DNA from: an uncultured Armatimonadetes bacterium
Lineage (GTDB): Bacteria; Armatimonadota; UBA5829; DTJY01
Length of the DNA: 64,000 bases
Direction of reading: 5' to 3'
Assembly: GCA_963717145.1 (NCBI GenBank)
Contig: OY970325.1
Location: forward strand, 4,128,001-4,192,000
Part shown: positions 48,769 to 58,461 of the stretch, in pieces
How the letters are laid out: every line of letters starts with the position of its first letter
Position numbering within the stretch: the first letter of the stretch is position 1
The notes under the pieces: generated by a model
Database searches by the model: none
Seen by the model: the letters and a program-made list of their open reading frames with translations, nothing else
What the model was told of the DNA's origin: nothing
Translations under genes and position numbers: made by a program

Positions 48769-50280
48769 TTGGAACCCACGGATCTGTATTGCCAGGAACT
48801 TCAAACCACACCACAGCCGCAACTCGGCAAGATTCTCGTGACGGGCGCAACCGGGTACGTCGGCGGACGGCTCGTACCGGAGCTTCTCGCGCGAGGATAT
48901 TATGTCAGGGTGATGGTGCGCGCGCTCTCGGCCGAACTGCGCGACCGGTGGCCCGACGTGGAGATCGTGCTGGGCGATGCTCTCGATCCGGAGAGCCTGC
49001 TGCCCGCGTTGAAGGGCGTCAATACCGCATACTACCTGATCCATTCCCTGCTCGGCGGGCACGAGCGGTTCGAAGACCTGGATATTCAGGCCGCAGTGAA
49101 CTTCCGGCAGGCGGCCGATCGCCAGGGGGTCAGCCGTATCATCTACCTCGGCGCGCTGGGGGACGTTCAATCGGAGCTGTCATCGCACCTGCGGAGCAGG
49201 CAGGAGGTCGCCAGGGAACTGAGGCAGGGCAGCGCCAAGTTGACCTCGCTGCGAGCGGCGGTGATAATCGGCTCGGGGAGCGCATCATTCGAGGTAATGG
49301 AACACCTGGCGCGGCGTCTTCCGATCATCCTGCTGCCATCCTGGGCGCAGACACGCTGCCAGCCGATAGCCATCCGGAACGTCATCGCATACCTGGTGGG
49401 CGTCCTCGAGTCACCCGAGACGGCAGGCTGTTCCTGCGACATCGGCGGGCCGGAGATCCTGAGCTACCAGGAGATGCTTCAGACGTTCGCGAACGTATTC
49501 GGACTGAAGAGGCTGTACATTCGCCTGCCAATCTACAATCTCCGCATGACTTCCTATCTCGTCAGCCTGATAACTCCCGTGGCGCACTCGGTGGTCCATT
49601 GCCTACTGGAGAGCGCCGTGAACAACGTCGTCTGTCAGAACAACGACATCCTGGATGTCGTCAAGATCAAGCGACTGCCGTACCGAGAGGCCGTCTTGCG
49701 CGCCTTGTCCCGGGAGGACCAGGACCGCGTGCACACCAGTTGGTCCGATGCATACCCACCCGCCCACGAGTTGATGATGAAACTGGCCGAGATGCCCGCG
49801 GAGAGGCTGTACACGAAGTCGGCGAGTCTCATCACCGGAAAGCCACCCGCCGCTCTGTTCAGCTCCATCTGCCGAATTGGCGGCCGGCACGGTTGGTTCA
49901 ACACGAATTGGCTCTGGAGGCTCAGAGGATCGCTGGACAAGATACTCATGGGCGTTGGGTCGTCGCGGGGCCGACGTGATCCGCGCATGCTCAGGGTGAA
50001 CGATGTCGTGGATTTCTGGCGCGTGGAGGATATCGTCCCTGAGCGGCGACTCCTCCTGCGCGCCGAGATGAAACTGCCGGGCCGGGCGTGGCTGGAGTTC
50101 TGCCTCGATCCTGACACGGCAGATGGAAACAGGCTGTCCGTTCGCGCATACTACGAGCCGTCAGGATTCTGGGGCAAGGCCTACTGGTATGCGGTTTACC
50201 CGCTTCACGCGTTCATATTCCGGGACCTGATCGAACAAATCGAACGCAGCAGCGCCGACGAATCCGATGACTCCGCGTGA
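48769..50280 (+). CDS. NAD(P)H-binding SDR with DUF2867 domain (YbjT-like)
   Basis: VTGATGYVG, YYLIHS, IIGSGSASF, DFWRVE, AEMKLPGRAWLEF; TTG start after GGAG. Confidence 0.92.
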   Translation: MEPTDLYCQELQTTPQPQLGKILVTGATGYVGGRLVPELLARGYYVRVMVRALSAELRDRWPDVEIVLGDALDPESLLPALKGVNTAYYLIHSLLGGHERFEDLDIQAAVNFRQAADRQGVSRIIYLGALGDVQSELSSHLRSRQEVARELRQGSAKLTSLRAAVIIGSGSASFEVMEHLARRLPIILLPSWAQTRCQPIAIRNVIAYLVGVLESPETAGCSCDIGGPEILSYQEMLQTFANVFGLKRLYIRLPIYNLRMTSYLVSLITPVAHSVVHCLLESAVNNVVCQNNDILDVVKIKRLPYREAVLRALSREDQDRVHTSWSDAYPPAHELMMKLAEMPAERLYTKSASLITGKPPAALFSSICRIGGRHGWFNTNWLWRLRGSLDKILMGVGSSRGRRDPRMLRVNDVVDFWRVEDIVPERRLLLRAEMKLPGRAWLEFCLDPDTADGNRLSVRAYYEPSGFWGKAYWYAVYPLHAFIFRDLIEQIERSSADESDDSA

Positions 50281-50479
50281 TGACGAGGCTTCGGCGCCAG
50301 TCTTCCCGCAGATGGCCACCCTGATTTGGAGGCGCAGTTAGCCTGAGGTCGAGCTCGCCACTCAATGCCTATTGGCCGACCTCCATCCCACGGTCCTTCA
50401 GGTGGCACTTCAACTCCCGAGACTGCAGGGGACACGCATGCCTTCCGACGACCGTGCAGTGCCGGCGAAGAGTGGAAAA

Positions 50480-50525
50480 CTGGTACTTTTACCAGCTTGA
50501 CGTAGCGAAGTGACTGGTTTATACT
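50480..50525 (+). promoter_or_regulatory. CTGGTA-N4-TACCAG operator-like palindrome plus sigma70 promoter
   Basis: Palindrome 50480-50495; TTGACG-17-TATACT at 50497-50525. Confidence 0.7.
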
Positions 50526-50597
50526 AGCCATAGTTGGCGGTCTTAGCAGAGCTTCAAAAGCCAATGCCAGCATGTTCGTATCTTGGAGGAGAAGAAG

Positions 50598-51269
50598 ATG
50601 ATCAAACCCCGTTTGTCGCCAGGCCTCGCTGCTCTTATCGTTGTGTTCGTGGTGTCAGCGTCGCCTGGATACCCGGCCATCAGCGTGTCGCACATAACGG
50701 AGTCGCAGTTTCTGGCGCTGGAGTTCACCCGGCATTTCGTCGCGGAGGGCAGAATCGGAAGCAGCTCGATCGGAGGCTTCACATTCGAGTATGACCTCGG
50801 CCCGGACACGAGCCAGCCGTATCAGACCGGCGAATTCGCGTGGACCAACGGATCCCCTGTTGCGCTCCGCTTGGCATTCAATGGAACAACGGCTGAGTTC
50901 AATGTAGATGGCCGTCCCATACTGCAATATAACCCCGCGGTCACCGCAACCCCCCTGGACATCTTCATCCGGACGCGAGCGGAAGCCGGCAAGTCGACCA
51001 TTGAGGTCAGGGACATCTTTCTCGACGGGGAAAGCGCCGGTGTGTCTCAGGCGCCTCCCACGGATTATCTGTGGATCCGCGGCGGGACACTAGACAGCTT
51101 CGAACTCCTCGGCAACTCACTGATGACCTGGACGGGAGCACCGCCCACTCAGTTGGCGCTGGCCTACCAGATCAAGGTGGGAACAGTCGTGCCTGAGCCC
51201 TCATCGCTGTTCGCGCTGCTCGGTGGCATCGGCGCGCTCGGCGGTCTTCTCATTCGCAGGAGAAAGTAA
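50598..51269 (+). CDS. PEP-CTERM surface protein
   Basis: Signal peptide; VPEPSS-TM-RRRK. Confidence 0.9.
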   Translation: MIKPRLSPGLAALIVVFVVSASPGYPAISVSHITESQFLALEFTRHFVAEGRIGSSSIGGFTFEYDLGPDTSQPYQTGEFAWTNGSPVALRLAFNGTTAEFNVDGRPILQYNPAVTATPLDIFIRTRAEAGKSTIEVRDIFLDGESAGVSQAPPTDYLWIRGGTLDSFELLGNSLMTWTGAPPTQLALAYQIKVGTVVPEPSSLFALLGGIGALGGLLIRRRK

Positions 51270-51294
51270 CCGGCCCTATTCTCGGCCTGGTGCA

Positions 51295-51336
51295 ACAGCC
51301 CTCGTCGCTCATACAGCGGCGGGGGCTGTGTTGTTT
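51295..51336 (+). terminator. Probable intrinsic terminator
   Basis: acagccctcgtcgc..gcggcgggggctgt followed by gttgttt. Confidence 0.5.
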
Positions 51337-51435
51337 CTGCCGATGGACACAGCCCCAAAGGAACATCCGCCCCTCACGCCTAATGGAGACTTGACACTCG
51401 GCTGCCATCGAGGCAAGCGCACCCGGAGGGCTGGC

Positions 51436-52815
51436 ATGAACTTCATCTTCATCAACTCGGACAGCTTTCGTCGAGACAACCTCGACTGCTACGGGAACAA
51501 CTGGATTCAGACGCCGAATATCGACGAGTTCGCGCGCGAGTCGGTTGTCTTCGATCACGCATACACTGGCTCGTTCCCGACGGTCCCGAACCGCCGGGAC
51601 GTGCTGACCGGCCGATACACGTTTACCTACACCGACTGGGCGGCGCTCTCCAGCGAGGAGATCGTCCTCCCGCAGGTGCTCGGGAAGGCCGGCTACATCA
51701 GCTACATGATCATCGACACGCCGCACATCATGGGCTCATTCGGATATGATCGGGGATTCAACGGCTGGAACTGGATTCGCGGCCAGGAGGGCGATCGATG
51801 GAAGACTCAACCGCGAGAGGTCAAGCTTCCGTGCGACGTGAAGAAGCTCCGAGGGGCGGACCGGACTACTTCTCAGTATCTGCGCAACGTGGCCGATCGT
51901 CGCGGCGAGGAAGACTACTTCGCGCCGATGACGATGCGCGGGGCGATGGACTGGCTCGACGACAACCACAAGCTCGACAAGTTCTTCCTCTACGTCGATA
52001 CCTTCGATCCGCACGAGCCGTGGGATCCGCCCAAGAAGTACAAGGACCTGTACTGCCCCGGGTACAAGGGCGAAGAGGTCATCTACCCGCTCTATGCGCC
52101 GCGCGGATTCCTGACGGACGCCGAACTGGAGCACATCCGCTGCCTCTACGCGGGTGAGGTTTCGATGGTCGATGCCTGGGTCGGCAAGCTCCTGAAGAAG
52201 ATCGAGGACCTCGGCCTGATGGAGAACACGATGGTGATCTTCACGGCGGACCACGGCTTCTACTTCGGCGAGCATGGGATCATCGGGAAGTTCGGACCGC
52301 TGTGGTGCGAGATGAACCGCATCCCGCTGATCGTGCATCTGCCGGGGGTAGGTGCAGGCCGCCGCGCTCAGTTCGTCCAGCCGTGCGACCTGATGCCGAC
52401 TATGCTGGACCTGGCGGGCGTCCAGCATCCGGACACAATCCAGGGTGTGTCGCTGGTCGATGTCATCAAAGGCAGCAAGAAGCAGACCCGGGAGTTCGCG
52501 GTGACATCGGGGGCGATCGTCCATCCGCCGGTCTCCGACAAGCCGATCAGCCTCGACATCTCCAACTGGGACCAGTACGCCCGGTCAGTCAAGGCGAGCA
52601 CGATCACGACTTACGAGTGGACGCTGATCGTCGCAGCCGGCGACCTGATGCCGGAACTCTATCACAATCCGAGCGATCCGCACCAGACGGTCAACGTCTT
52701 CTCGAAGAACAAGGACGTGGCGAAGAGGCTCCATGCGGACTACATCGCACTCTTGGAGTCGCTCGGCACGAAGGAGGAGTACATCGCGCCGAGGAGGGTG
52801 TTGCCGGGGGTGTGA
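51436..52815 (+). CDS. Sulfatase-like hydrolase with Thr at the nucleophile position
   Basis: NSDSFRRD, SFPTVPNRRD.LTG, FDPHEPW, TADHG. Confidence 0.88.
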   Translation: MNFIFINSDSFRRDNLDCYGNNWIQTPNIDEFARESVVFDHAYTGSFPTVPNRRDVLTGRYTFTYTDWAALSSEEIVLPQVLGKAGYISYMIIDTPHIMGSFGYDRGFNGWNWIRGQEGDRWKTQPREVKLPCDVKKLRGADRTTSQYLRNVADRRGEEDYFAPMTMRGAMDWLDDNHKLDKFFLYVDTFDPHEPWDPPKKYKDLYCPGYKGEEVIYPLYAPRGFLTDAELEHIRCLYAGEVSMVDAWVGKLLKKIEDLGLMENTMVIFTADHGFYFGEHGIIGKFGPLWCEMNRIPLIVHLPGVGAGRRAQFVQPCDLMPTMLDLAGVQHPDTIQGVSLVDVIKGSKKQTREFAVTSGAIVHPPVSDKPISLDISNWDQYARSVKASTITTYEWTLIVAAGDLMPELYHNPSDPHQTVNVFSKNKDVAKRLHADYIALLESLGTKEEYIAPRRVLPGV

Positions 52816-52847
52816 TGATTGCCCGGAACCGAAGCGCTTGTGGCAAC

Positions 52848-52931
52848 CTGGTAATAATACCAGTTTTTGGGCAGGCACACGATCATTCCAGCAAAACGCC
52901 AATTGACGGATTCCAGCGGGGATGGTAAAGT
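52848..52931 (+). promoter_or_regulatory. CTGGTA-N4-TACCAG palindrome plus sigma70 promoter
   Basis: Palindrome 52848-52863; TTGACG-17-TAAAGT at 52903-52931. Confidence 0.65.
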
Positions 52932-52989
52932 GAGTAACTGGGCGAGTTGCCGCAGAGCAGCAGCCACAACAGACAAAGGAGGACAACTG

Positions 52990-53712
52990 ATGAAGAAGGT
53001 GTTTGTGGTCTTGGCAGCAATCGCGTTGTTGTGCATCGGCGGGATGGCGGGGGCCGCCGTCTATGAGGAGCATTTCGACACGGCCGCCGGTAAGTGGTTG
53101 GTGGGGGATCTTGGATGGATCAATGCTCCGGGTTACGCCGGGGACATTCAGGTGACGAACTCGACCGGGCTCGCTAACCCCGCTATCGAGGGCGGTACTG
53201 CGCCCTCCGGCCAGGAGACGGGGGTCGCGAAGGTGTTCAGTCGAGTTCCGACCGCCTCGGGTTATGTCCTGACCGCTAATCTGTACACCACCTCGCACAA
53301 TACAACGTTCGGCTTCGGCGCTGATATGCCATTCCCGGCAGTCTGGGCCGCCTACTGGAGTGCGGTCGTAAGCAACGGTCAAAGCTACTTGCGCTTTGGT
53401 GGATCTGGAATGGACGAGACCCGCTTTGATGTCGCGGGGTACGGTGGCTTGGTGGGTCTGGAGATAAGCGTGGACGAGGCAAACGACCTGGTCCGTGGTA
53501 AGGCGTACAAGTCAGGCATGAGCCCGCTGGACACGGGCTGGGTAAGCTATAGCGGAGCCAACGTATCTAGTGTGGTCTTCCATATAGACGGGCGCTACCT
53601 GAGCGACGATGACCTCGACGACATCGTAGTCACCGCGGTTCCTGAACCCTCATCCCTGCTTGGGCTGGCCGGCGGACTTGGGGTTCTGTTGGGGCTCAGA
53701 AGACGGAGATAG
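52990..53712 (+). CDS. PEP-CTERM surface protein
   Basis: SD AAGGAGG; signal peptide; VPEPSS-TM-RRRR. Confidence 0.9.
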   Translation: MKKVFVVLAAIALLCIGGMAGAAVYEEHFDTAAGKWLVGDLGWINAPGYAGDIQVTNSTGLANPAIEGGTAPSGQETGVAKVFSRVPTASGYVLTANLYTTSHNTTFGFGADMPFPAVWAAYWSAVVSNGQSYLRFGGSGMDETRFDVAGYGGLVGLEISVDEANDLVRGKAYKSGMSPLDTGWVSYSGANVSSVVFHIDGRYLSDDDLDDIVVTAVPEPSSLLGLAGGLGVLLGLRRRR

Positions 53713-53997
53713 TGGCCCTTCTCTCCTCGGCACATTGCATCATCTCTGGAGCCCACATCGGGTCACCCCGCTGTGGGCTCACACTTTCCGTCTGTCAGAT
53801 CGTCCCCAATTGGCGCACTTGTTCCCGAAGACGGACATCCTTGGGACGAGGGAAAAACCCCTTCGATCTTGCGGAGGGCACAATTTGTCCACCGATGTTA
53901 TCGTAACACGTTCACGGCACACCGGTCTGCCGAGCACTCCTCTGCTCCTCGACTATCGGTGACCCTGCCTGGTATAATGCCGCCGAGGTGACTGCCC

Positions 53998-55041
53998 GTG
54001 GAAACCATGCTCGCTGCCGTTTTGCATGACTTCGATGACCTGAGATTGGAGCAAGTGCCGGTTCCTCGCGCCACGGAATATGGCGATGTGGTGGTGCGGA
54101 TCGCATCCTGTGGGGTCTGTGCGACGGATTTCAAGGCGATCAAGGGCATCCGTCCGAATGTGACGTTCCCGTCGATCCAGGGACACGAGCCTAGCGGTGT
54201 CGTCTCGGAGATCGGCCCGGGGGTCACACACGTGAGGGTCGGCGACGAGGTGATCGTCCAGCCGCTCGGGTACTGCGGGCGGTGCGCTCACTGCCGGTCG
54301 GGGAACACCCACTACTGCGAGAATGCCTTCGTCCTCGGCGGCGATGGGCCGGACGACGTGCGGCCCGGCGCATTTGCTGAGTACGTGCTCACGACCGAGG
54401 GCACGCTCTACCACAAGCCGCCGAGCATCTCGTTCGATGCCGCCGCCGTCACCGAGCCGCTCGCGGGCGCATGGAAGGGCGTCATCCACCACAGCGAGAT
54501 GACGATCGGCGACGACGTGGTGGTCATCGGCGTGGGGAGCATCGGCCTCCTGTGCATGATGGTGGCGAAGGCCGCTGGGGCCGCCCGCCTGATCGCCGTC
54601 GACACGAGCGACTACGCGCTCCAAAACGCCCTCGAACTCGGCGCGACACATGCGGTCAATCCGCTCAGAGAAGATCCCCGAGCGCGCATCCGAGAGATCA
54701 TCCCCGACGGGCCGGACCTGATCGTCGAAGCCGCCGGACCGATCGAGGCCGTCCGCCTGATGGTCGATCTGCGGAGACGAGGCACACGATGGAACGTCTT
54801 CGGCATCACGACCCACGAGAAGTTCGAACTCGACGGCGGGCTGACACATTTCCTCGAGGGTCGCCAGGACGCCAGCTTCGGGACGACCTCGCTCTCGATG
54901 ATGAAGGCGATCCGCCTGATGGAGATCGGCCTCGTGGACACCGAGCGGATCATCTCCCACCGCTTCCCGCTCGACCGCATCCACGAGGCCCTCGACGTAA
55001 TGGCCTCCCCGGAGCGCAACAAGATCATCATCAACCCGTAG
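53998..55041 (+). CDS. Zn-dependent medium-chain alcohol/polyol dehydrogenase
   Basis: GVCATD, GHE, CGRCAHCRSG..C, GVGSIG. Confidence 0.93.
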   Translation: METMLAAVLHDFDDLRLEQVPVPRATEYGDVVVRIASCGVCATDFKAIKGIRPNVTFPSIQGHEPSGVVSEIGPGVTHVRVGDEVIVQPLGYCGRCAHCRSGNTHYCENAFVLGGDGPDDVRPGAFAEYVLTTEGTLYHKPPSISFDAAAVTEPLAGAWKGVIHHSEMTIGDDVVVIGVGSIGLLCMMVAKAAGAARLIAVDTSDYALQNALELGATHAVNPLREDPRARIREIIPDGPDLIVEAAGPIEAVRLMVDLRRRGTRWNVFGITTHEKFELDGGLTHFLEGRQDASFGTTSLSMMKAIRLMEIGLVDTERIISHRFPLDRIHEALDVMASPERNKIIINP

Positions 55042-55071
55042 CGTTCACCTCGGCCACCATCCGATCGCCTG

Positions 55072-55473
55072 CTATCCCGGCAGAAGGCAGAATCCCTGTT
55101 CGCGAAAATGCTCGTCGAACCCGAAGGCATTTCGGATACCGAGCTTGCGCATCACGGCGAAACTCACGCAGTCGACGATGTTCGGCCCCCGCCGAGCGGA
55201 CGAGAGCACGCTGCGCGCACCATCACCGTGCAGGACGATGTCCACCCACTGTATCTGCGCGACGGGCAGCACATCTTCGAGATACGTGCGAACGGCGTCC
55301 AGCCCGGCCCTTCTCTGCGCCAGCGCGCAGGTCTCGACGACGACGTAGTTGGATGTGACGAGTTCCTCGTCCGTGGTCAGCAGCGATTCCCAGGTCTGCA
55401 GGGCAACCGCGTGCTCGTCCGTGGTGCGCGAGAGGACCGCGATGAAAGCCGAGGTGTCAACGAACGTGCTCAT
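55072..55473 (-). CDS. vapC: VapC/PIN domain toxin
   Basis: FVDTSAFIA, VVET, VDCVSF, FDEHF. Confidence 0.9.
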   Translation of the reverse strand: MSTFVDTSAFIAVLSRTTDEHAVALQTWESLLTTDEELVTSNYVVVETCALAQRRAGLDAVRTYLEDVLPVAQIQWVDIVLHGDGARSVLSSARRGPNIVDCVSFAVMRKLGIRNAFGFDEHFREQGFCLLPG

Positions 55474-55717
55474 CAGCCAGGTCCTCCGCCCAGTACTCGT
55501 CATGCCGCCTCGCGATGTCCGGCGCACCGAAGTCGGCGCAACCGGCCGCGCTCAATGCCCGCCTCTTGAGTTCTGCCCGATCGGCAAGCGGCTCGGACTC
55601 GGGCGCGGTTTCCAGTACACGACGCATGATCTCCGCCATGGAAACCCTGTCGCGCTTGGCCATGCGCCGTAGCTTCGCCGCGAGCGCCTCGGTTAGCTGA
55701 AGCTGCGTTCTCACCAT
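55457..55717 (-). CDS. Ribbon-helix-helix (CopG) antitoxin
   Basis: MVRTQLQLT..VSMAEIMR..HDEY. Confidence 0.88.
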   Translation of the reverse strand: MVRTQLQLTEALAAKLRRMAKRDRVSMAEIMRRVLETAPESEPLADRAELKRRALSAAGCADFGAPDIARRHDEYWAEDLADEHVR

Positions 55718-55791
55718 GATGCCCTCCGTGCTTACACTTCGCGAATATGCTAACACATCCCGCTACGCCTGTCAATAGTGTCCGGAAACCC

Positions 55792-55963
55792 GGGTGCATT
55801 TCCGCAGAGTGGGCTAGCCTCTCGTTATGCCACCAGAGTGGCTACTCGAGGAGAACGGTTGGGTGGTCTGCCAGTGTTTCCAAACCCCAACCGTCTAGTC
55901 TCGAGTAGCCACTCTGGTGGCATAACGAGAGACGGTCGCCACCCACTCAGCTCGAATGCACCC
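55792..55963. mobile_element. MITE copy 2 (172 bp), 9-bp TSD CGGAAACCC
   Basis: TSD 55783-55791 and 55964-55972; TIR GGGTGCATT; internal 32-bp perfect hairpin. Confidence 0.9.
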
Positions 55964-56028
55964 CGGAAACCCGGCCGCGTCAGGCGGGGGCTTCTCCAAT
56001 AACCCCGCACCCCATACTCACATTCTCA

Positions 56029-57080
56029 TTACCTCGGCCAGCGGAGGTGGACCGGGAGCATGGGCGGGAACTTGGCGTGCGGCTCGATCTGATACCAGTA
56101 GCCGACCGACGCGATGTCGTCCTGAAGCTGCTGGTACTTCCAGTTCGGCCACCAGCCCAAGCGCCTGCATCGTCACGTTGAGGTTCTTCTCGAACCGGAT
56201 CGGATCGAGCATGTGCCAGCGATAGAGCCCGTGCTTCGGGACCTCGCCCGGCTCTTTCCGCCAGAGGGGATACCCCAGGAACGCGGTCGAGAACGTCTCG
56301 CCGAATCCCCACGCGCCGCCGAAGTAGTCCTCCGTGCCGGTGCCGCAGATCGTCGGGGAATCGGGCTTGTCGCCGTCGATGAAGAACTTGATCTCGCCCT
56401 CTCCCCACCAGCCGTTCGCGAGCTGAGTCCAGGCCAGGTAGGTGCCGACGTAGTGCCCCTTGCCCTTGATGCCCTCGAGGATCGTGTGCTCCGGCGCGTC
56501 GATCGGGGTCACCGCGCGCCGCCACTGGGCGTGGAAGTATGCGGCATCATCTGGCACTTCGTCCAGCTCGTAAGTGATCTGGTAGAAGAACCCGCCGATC
56601 TCCTCGAACCGCTGGTTCTCGACCTCGATGCGCGCGCTCTTGCGGAACGGCATCGGCCAGTAGGAGTTGAACCCGCCGCTGGGGTTGACTGCGATCGGGA
56701 TCGAGTTGATGTTGGCCCTGAGCGCGTGGCCGTTCGCGAAGAAGTCGCCGAGCGGGACTTCGACCGACGGGGTCTTCTCACCGTCCCAGTACATGCGAAG
56801 GATGCAGTCGCGGTAGGCCTTTGGATCGACAGGTGATCCAGATGTGGCGGATCGTGCCGGGCCCTTTGATGTCGGCCAGCACGGTGTTCGATTCCTTGGG
56901 GAGCGTGATGCACGGGCGGACCTTCCAGCCCTTGCCGAGCCACGCGCCGGCGTTCGTCTCGTCGGGGACGGCCTGTGCGCCCCCGGCGACCTTCCCGTCG
57001 GGGTTCTCGGCGGATATGCTCCGGGTCTTGCCGTTCGAGACCCGGGCGATGTCGAATAAACCGAATGGCAGCACGGTCAT
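56029..57080 (-). pseudogene. DUF2961/GH172 family protein with two +1 frameshifts
   Basis: TRSISAENP..IRHIWIT | VDPKAYRDCILRMYWDGE..WWGEGE..GTGTEDYF..QALG | WWPNWKYQQLQDDIASVGYWYQ; shifts near 56831 and 56157. Confidence 0.85.
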
Positions 57081-57268
57081 GTCTGTATGGAACCTCCTGC
57101 GTGTTTGTATGCCGGCAACAGATTAGCAGCCCGGCGCGCGGGAGTCAATGGGGAATGGTTGATGGTTGATGGTTGATGAAGGAATGGGAGAATGGGGGAA
57201 TTGGCGAATGGGATTACAAATCCGCACCAACGCCCGTTGTGCTATAATCGGCCAAAGACCATAGTGAG

Positions 57269-58294
57269 GTGAACTGCGTGAAACCGACTTTCGATCCGCA
57301 CGTTTTCTTCCAGCGCGAGTACGAAGGCGTTACTCCCGCTCTCCCGTTTGTCGCCAGGACCTCTGATGAGGCGATCGCATGGCAGAAAAAGGCGCGTGCG
57401 CGCCTCGCGAGGCTACTCGGCGACCTCCCTAAGCCGACCGGGCCGGTGAAGTCGCGCGTCCTCGAAGAGCGAGTATTCCCCGGCTACACGCGCACAAAGC
57501 TCGAACTCGAGACGCAGCCGGGACTCCTGGCGATCGCATACTACCTCCTGCCCGACGACCGGCCTGCGAAGGGTCCGGCGGTGCTCGCGGTCCCGGGGCA
57601 CAGCAAGTCGGTCGAGGAACTGGTCGGCGGCGTCGACGGCGAGGGCGATCCACTCGATTATGCGCTCCAGTGCTGTCGAGCGGGGCTTCCGACCCTGGCG
57701 ATAGAGCAACTTGCGTTCGGCGAGCGGCGTCACGAAGAGGCGATCAGGGCGAACCCGGAGGGCGGCACGTACTGCATCGTCCCCTCATGCGCGGCGCTGA
57801 TGCTCGGCCGGACGATGATCGGCTACCGGGTGCTCGATGCCCGTCGGGCGCTCGACTGGCTCTCGGCGCGTCCGGAGGTCGATCCGAAGCGGCTCGGGAT
57901 GACCGGAATCTCGGGTGGCGGGCAGATCACTTTCTTCACGACCGCGATGGACACCCGCATCAAGGCCTGTCTCGTGAGCGGCTACTTCAACACATTCCGT
58001 GACTCGGTGTACTCGATCTACCACTGCACCGACAACTTCGTGCCGGGGATACTGCGCTGGTACGAGATGCCGGATATGGCCGGGATGATCGCCCCGAGAT
58101 ACGCCTTCTTCGAGCAGGGGGACAAGGACCCGATCTTCCCGCTGGCGGGTTTCAGGCGGGCAGTGAAGAAGGCAACGGAGATCTACGAGGTCTACGGCGT
58201 CCCGAAGCGGATGGGCACGCAGGTCTTCCCCGGTGAGCACCAATGGCACGGCGAGAAGGGCGTCCCCTGGCTGGCAGAGGCGCTGCGGGGATAG
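57269..58294 (+). CDS. Alpha/beta hydrolase (acetylxylan esterase-like)
   Basis: GMTGISGGG nucleophile elbow, DPIFP, GEH. Confidence 0.88.
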   Translation: MNCVKPTFDPHVFFQREYEGVTPALPFVARTSDEAIAWQKKARARLARLLGDLPKPTGPVKSRVLEERVFPGYTRTKLELETQPGLLAIAYYLLPDDRPAKGPAVLAVPGHSKSVEELVGGVDGEGDPLDYALQCCRAGLPTLAIEQLAFGERRHEEAIRANPEGGTYCIVPSCAALMLGRTMIGYRVLDARRALDWLSARPEVDPKRLGMTGISGGGQITFFTTAMDTRIKACLVSGYFNTFRDSVYSIYHCTDNFVPGILRWYEMPDMAGMIAPRYAFFEQGDKDPIFPLAGFRRAVKKATEIYEVYGVPKRMGTQVFPGEHQWHGEKGVPWLAEALRG

Positions 58295-58367
58295 GGTAGT
58301 CAGGCGGGGAGGAATCTCCCCGCCTGACTACCGCATTATTCTTGACACGTCCAAATAAGGCGTACAC

Positions 58368-58444
58368 TGTCATTCTGAGCGTAGTGAAGAATCTGGCCAG
58401 ACGATTCCTCAAACGCCAGATTCTTCACTACGCTCAGAATGACA
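58368..58444. repeat. TGTCATTCTGAGCG palindrome family
   Basis: Inverted arms ~30 bp. Confidence 0.9.
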
Positions 58445-58461
58445 TGAATAATCTGGGCTAG

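Noticed and set aside
50205-50573. 122-aa minus-strand ORF
   Set aside because: No motifs; overlaps the promoter region and the preceding gene end
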